Positions 32,036-33,237 of a DNA stretch of 33,237 nucleotides are shown here, piece after piece (positions within the stretch are counted from its first letter, which is position 1; each line of letters opens with the position of its first letter). The position numbers and the translations under genes are program-made. The stretch is taken from IMG/VR virus record IMGVR_UViG_3300045988_048147, positions 1 through 33,237 of that record; one strand, 5' to 3'. Under the pieces are notes generated by a model, which was not told where the DNA came from, made no database searches, and saw only the letters and a list, made by a program, of their open reading frames with translations. This DNA is from a virus.

Positions 32036-32222
32036 AACCATCCCTTATCCATGCCATACCTGCCCACTTGGGCCAAGAGAGCTGTTTTGGACCTGTGATT
32101 GTGAGAAATATCAAAAGTGGTTGCAATTTACAAGCAAGTCAGATGCAAGTTTAAAGCAAGAGGAGGCCAACATGGACAAGCCGAGAATTTGCGAGGTGAA
32201 CGTGAATGGGCAGATTGATTGA
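32025..32222 (+). CDS. Hypothetical Cys-rich protein
   Basis: ATG after GGGAGGA. PCHTCPLGPRELFWTCDCEKY. Confidence 0.4.
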   Translation: MSSETIPYPCHTCPLGPRELFWTCDCEKYQKWLQFTSKSDASLKQEEANMDKPRICEVNVNGQID

Positions 32223-32880
32223 TTTATCAGGAAAGAGGTTTGGCAGGCTGCTGGCTATCGAAAGAGATACAAGTAGAAGCCCAAAAGAACGAAAATATAG
32301 AACGCTTTGGAAATGCAAATGTGACTGCGGTAAAGAAGTTGTTGTTTGGGCAAACAACTTGGTAAGAGGGCACACATTAAGCTGTGGGTGCTACAAAATT
32401 GAAACTTTTATTGATAGAGAAACAGAACACGGAATGTCAGATACAAGGCTATACGAGATATGGAAAGGAATGAGACGCCGGTGTCTTGGCCCAAAAAGGA
32501 ATAGCTACCACAACTATGGAGGGAGAGGAATTGTAGTTTGTGCAGATTGGGAAAATGACTTTAAGGCGTTTCAAAAGTGGGCGATTGAAAATGGCTATAA
32601 AAATGGCCTTACTATTGACAGAAAGAATAATGACGGTCCGTATAGTCCTGAGAATTGTAAATGGGCAACCATAAAGGAACAGGCCAATAACAGGAGAACG
32701 AATAGATATATTGATGTATTCGGGGAGCATTTGACGATTTCTGAAGCCGCCCAGAAGTATGGGATAAAACCTTGTACGATTAGAGCAAGAATTGAGCATG
32801 GATGGGCTCCAGAAAGAGCAGTATCCCTCCGCCCCGGCGAAACAGTCAAACTTGACGAGATCATCGGAGGTGCCCAATGA
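32206..32880 (+). CDS. Free-standing HNH (HNH_3-type) homing endonuclease with a C-terminal HTH
   Basis: GKRFGRLLAIE...CKCDCG...CGC; LTIDRKNNDGPYSPENCKWATIKEQANNRR; C-terminus TISEAAQKYGIKPCTIRARIEHGW. Confidence 0.8.
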   Translation: MGRLIDLSGKRFGRLLAIERDTSRSPKERKYRTLWKCKCDCGKEVVVWANNLVRGHTLSCGCYKIETFIDRETEHGMSDTRLYEIWKGMRRRCLGPKRNSYHNYGGRGIVVCADWENDFKAFQKWAIENGYKNGLTIDRKNNDGPYSPENCKWATIKEQANNRRTNRYIDVFGEHLTISEAAQKYGIKPCTIRARIEHGWAPERAVSLRPGETVKLDEIIGGAQ

Positions 32881-33065
32881 AATCCCCTGAGTGTGTATGC
32901 AAAACGTCAGAAGAGTACATTCGTGTTGCGTTAGCTCTAGAAACTCTTGCTTACCATGACAAAAACTACTTAGACAGTACATTCGCAAAGAGCAATGCTG
33001 CTATCAGTGAAGAGATACAGGCTTGCTTGCAGAAGGCTTTAACGATGATGGAGGAAAAACAATGA
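32877..33065 (+). CDS. Hypothetical protein
   Basis: ATGA overlaps on both sides, 62 aa. Confidence 0.45.
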   Translation: MKSPECVCKTSEEYIRVALALETLAYHDKNYLDSTFAKSNAAISEEIQACLQKALTMMEEKQ

Positions 33066-33237
33066 GAGAAATCCTTTTCAAAGCTAAGCGGCTGGATAAT
33101 GGAGAATGGGTGGAAGGAAGTCTGATTACATACAAGGGCGGCACAGCATTTATCTGTTGCGAGGACTATATTCCAGATGTCCTAAACAAGTACGAGGTCG
33201 ACCCCTCCACGGTCTGCCAGTACACCGGTCTGACCGA
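33062..33237 (+). CDS. yopX: YopX-family protein, N-terminal part (continues at position 2 after removing the 99-bp overlap)
   Basis: MREILFKAKRLDNGEWVEGSLITYKGGTAFICCEDYIPDVLNKYEVDPSTVCQYTGLT... runs off the window end in frame with 2-313. Confidence 0.85.
   Translation, partial: MREILFKAKRLDNGEWVEGSLITYKGGTAFICCEDYIPDVLNKYEVDPSTVCQYTGLT
33139..33237. repeat. Terminal direct repeat, copy 2 (identical to 1-99)
   Basis: Same 99 nt as the window start. Confidence 0.9.

Noticed and set aside
1-33237. Alternative genetic code (stop-codon reassignment) as seen in some gut phages
   Set aside because: All modules give full-length, recognisable proteins with the standard code. There are no gene-sized gaps or in-frame stop clusters.

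Overview
The window is a complete, closed genome of a tailed dsDNA phage. The first 99 nt (1-99) are identical to the last 99 nt (33139-33237), so the unique length is about 33,138 bp, and a yopX-like gene runs across the junction. All convincing genes lie on the + strand except one cI-like repressor (19068-19328, minus). Most genes are translationally coupled through ATGA/GTGA overlaps. Modules in window order: (1) tail end of an early/accessory operon with YopX, a Lar-like protein, two NUMOD1-like mini-proteins and two HTH proteins (2-1354), closed by a strong intrinsic terminator. (2) A roughly 500-bp gene-free, hairpin-dense block (1355-1857). (3) Rha-type antirepressor, HNH endonuclease, TerS, TerL, HK97-type portal, prohead protease, major capsid, head-tail joining genes, major tail protein, chaperone with a -1 frameshift, tape measure and distal tail/fibre genes (1858-17219). 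(4) Lysis cassette with XhlA-like protein, holin and amidase (17212-19023). (5) A divergent cI/cro-like switch with direct-repeat operators and a consensus promoter (19068-19750). (6) Early genes: Xis-like HTH, a pentapeptide-repeat protein, a 3D-domain protein, a second Lar, Gp157, a Rad52-like annealase, HNH, SSB, replication initiator, DnaB-like helicase and RusA (19867-26568). (7) An AT-richer accessory block holding a third Lar, a DNA methyltransferase, a radical-SAM protein, about 14 small Cys-rich ORFs and an HNH homing endonuclease (26555-33065). The gene families (XhlA, phi-LC3-type holin, SLH-like endolysin tail, Gp157) suggest a Gram-positive, probably Clostridia-like, host; this is inference only. 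No integrase, tRNA, rRNA, CRISPR array or reverse transcriptase was found. The best candidates for undescribed biology are three. First, the coupled Lar / methyltransferase / radical-SAM / zinc-ribbon cassette. Second, the pentapeptide-repeat protein built from 17 near-identical 15-bp DNA units. Third, the structured non-coding block upstream of rha. All functional calls come from reading motifs in the translations by eye. No database search was run.
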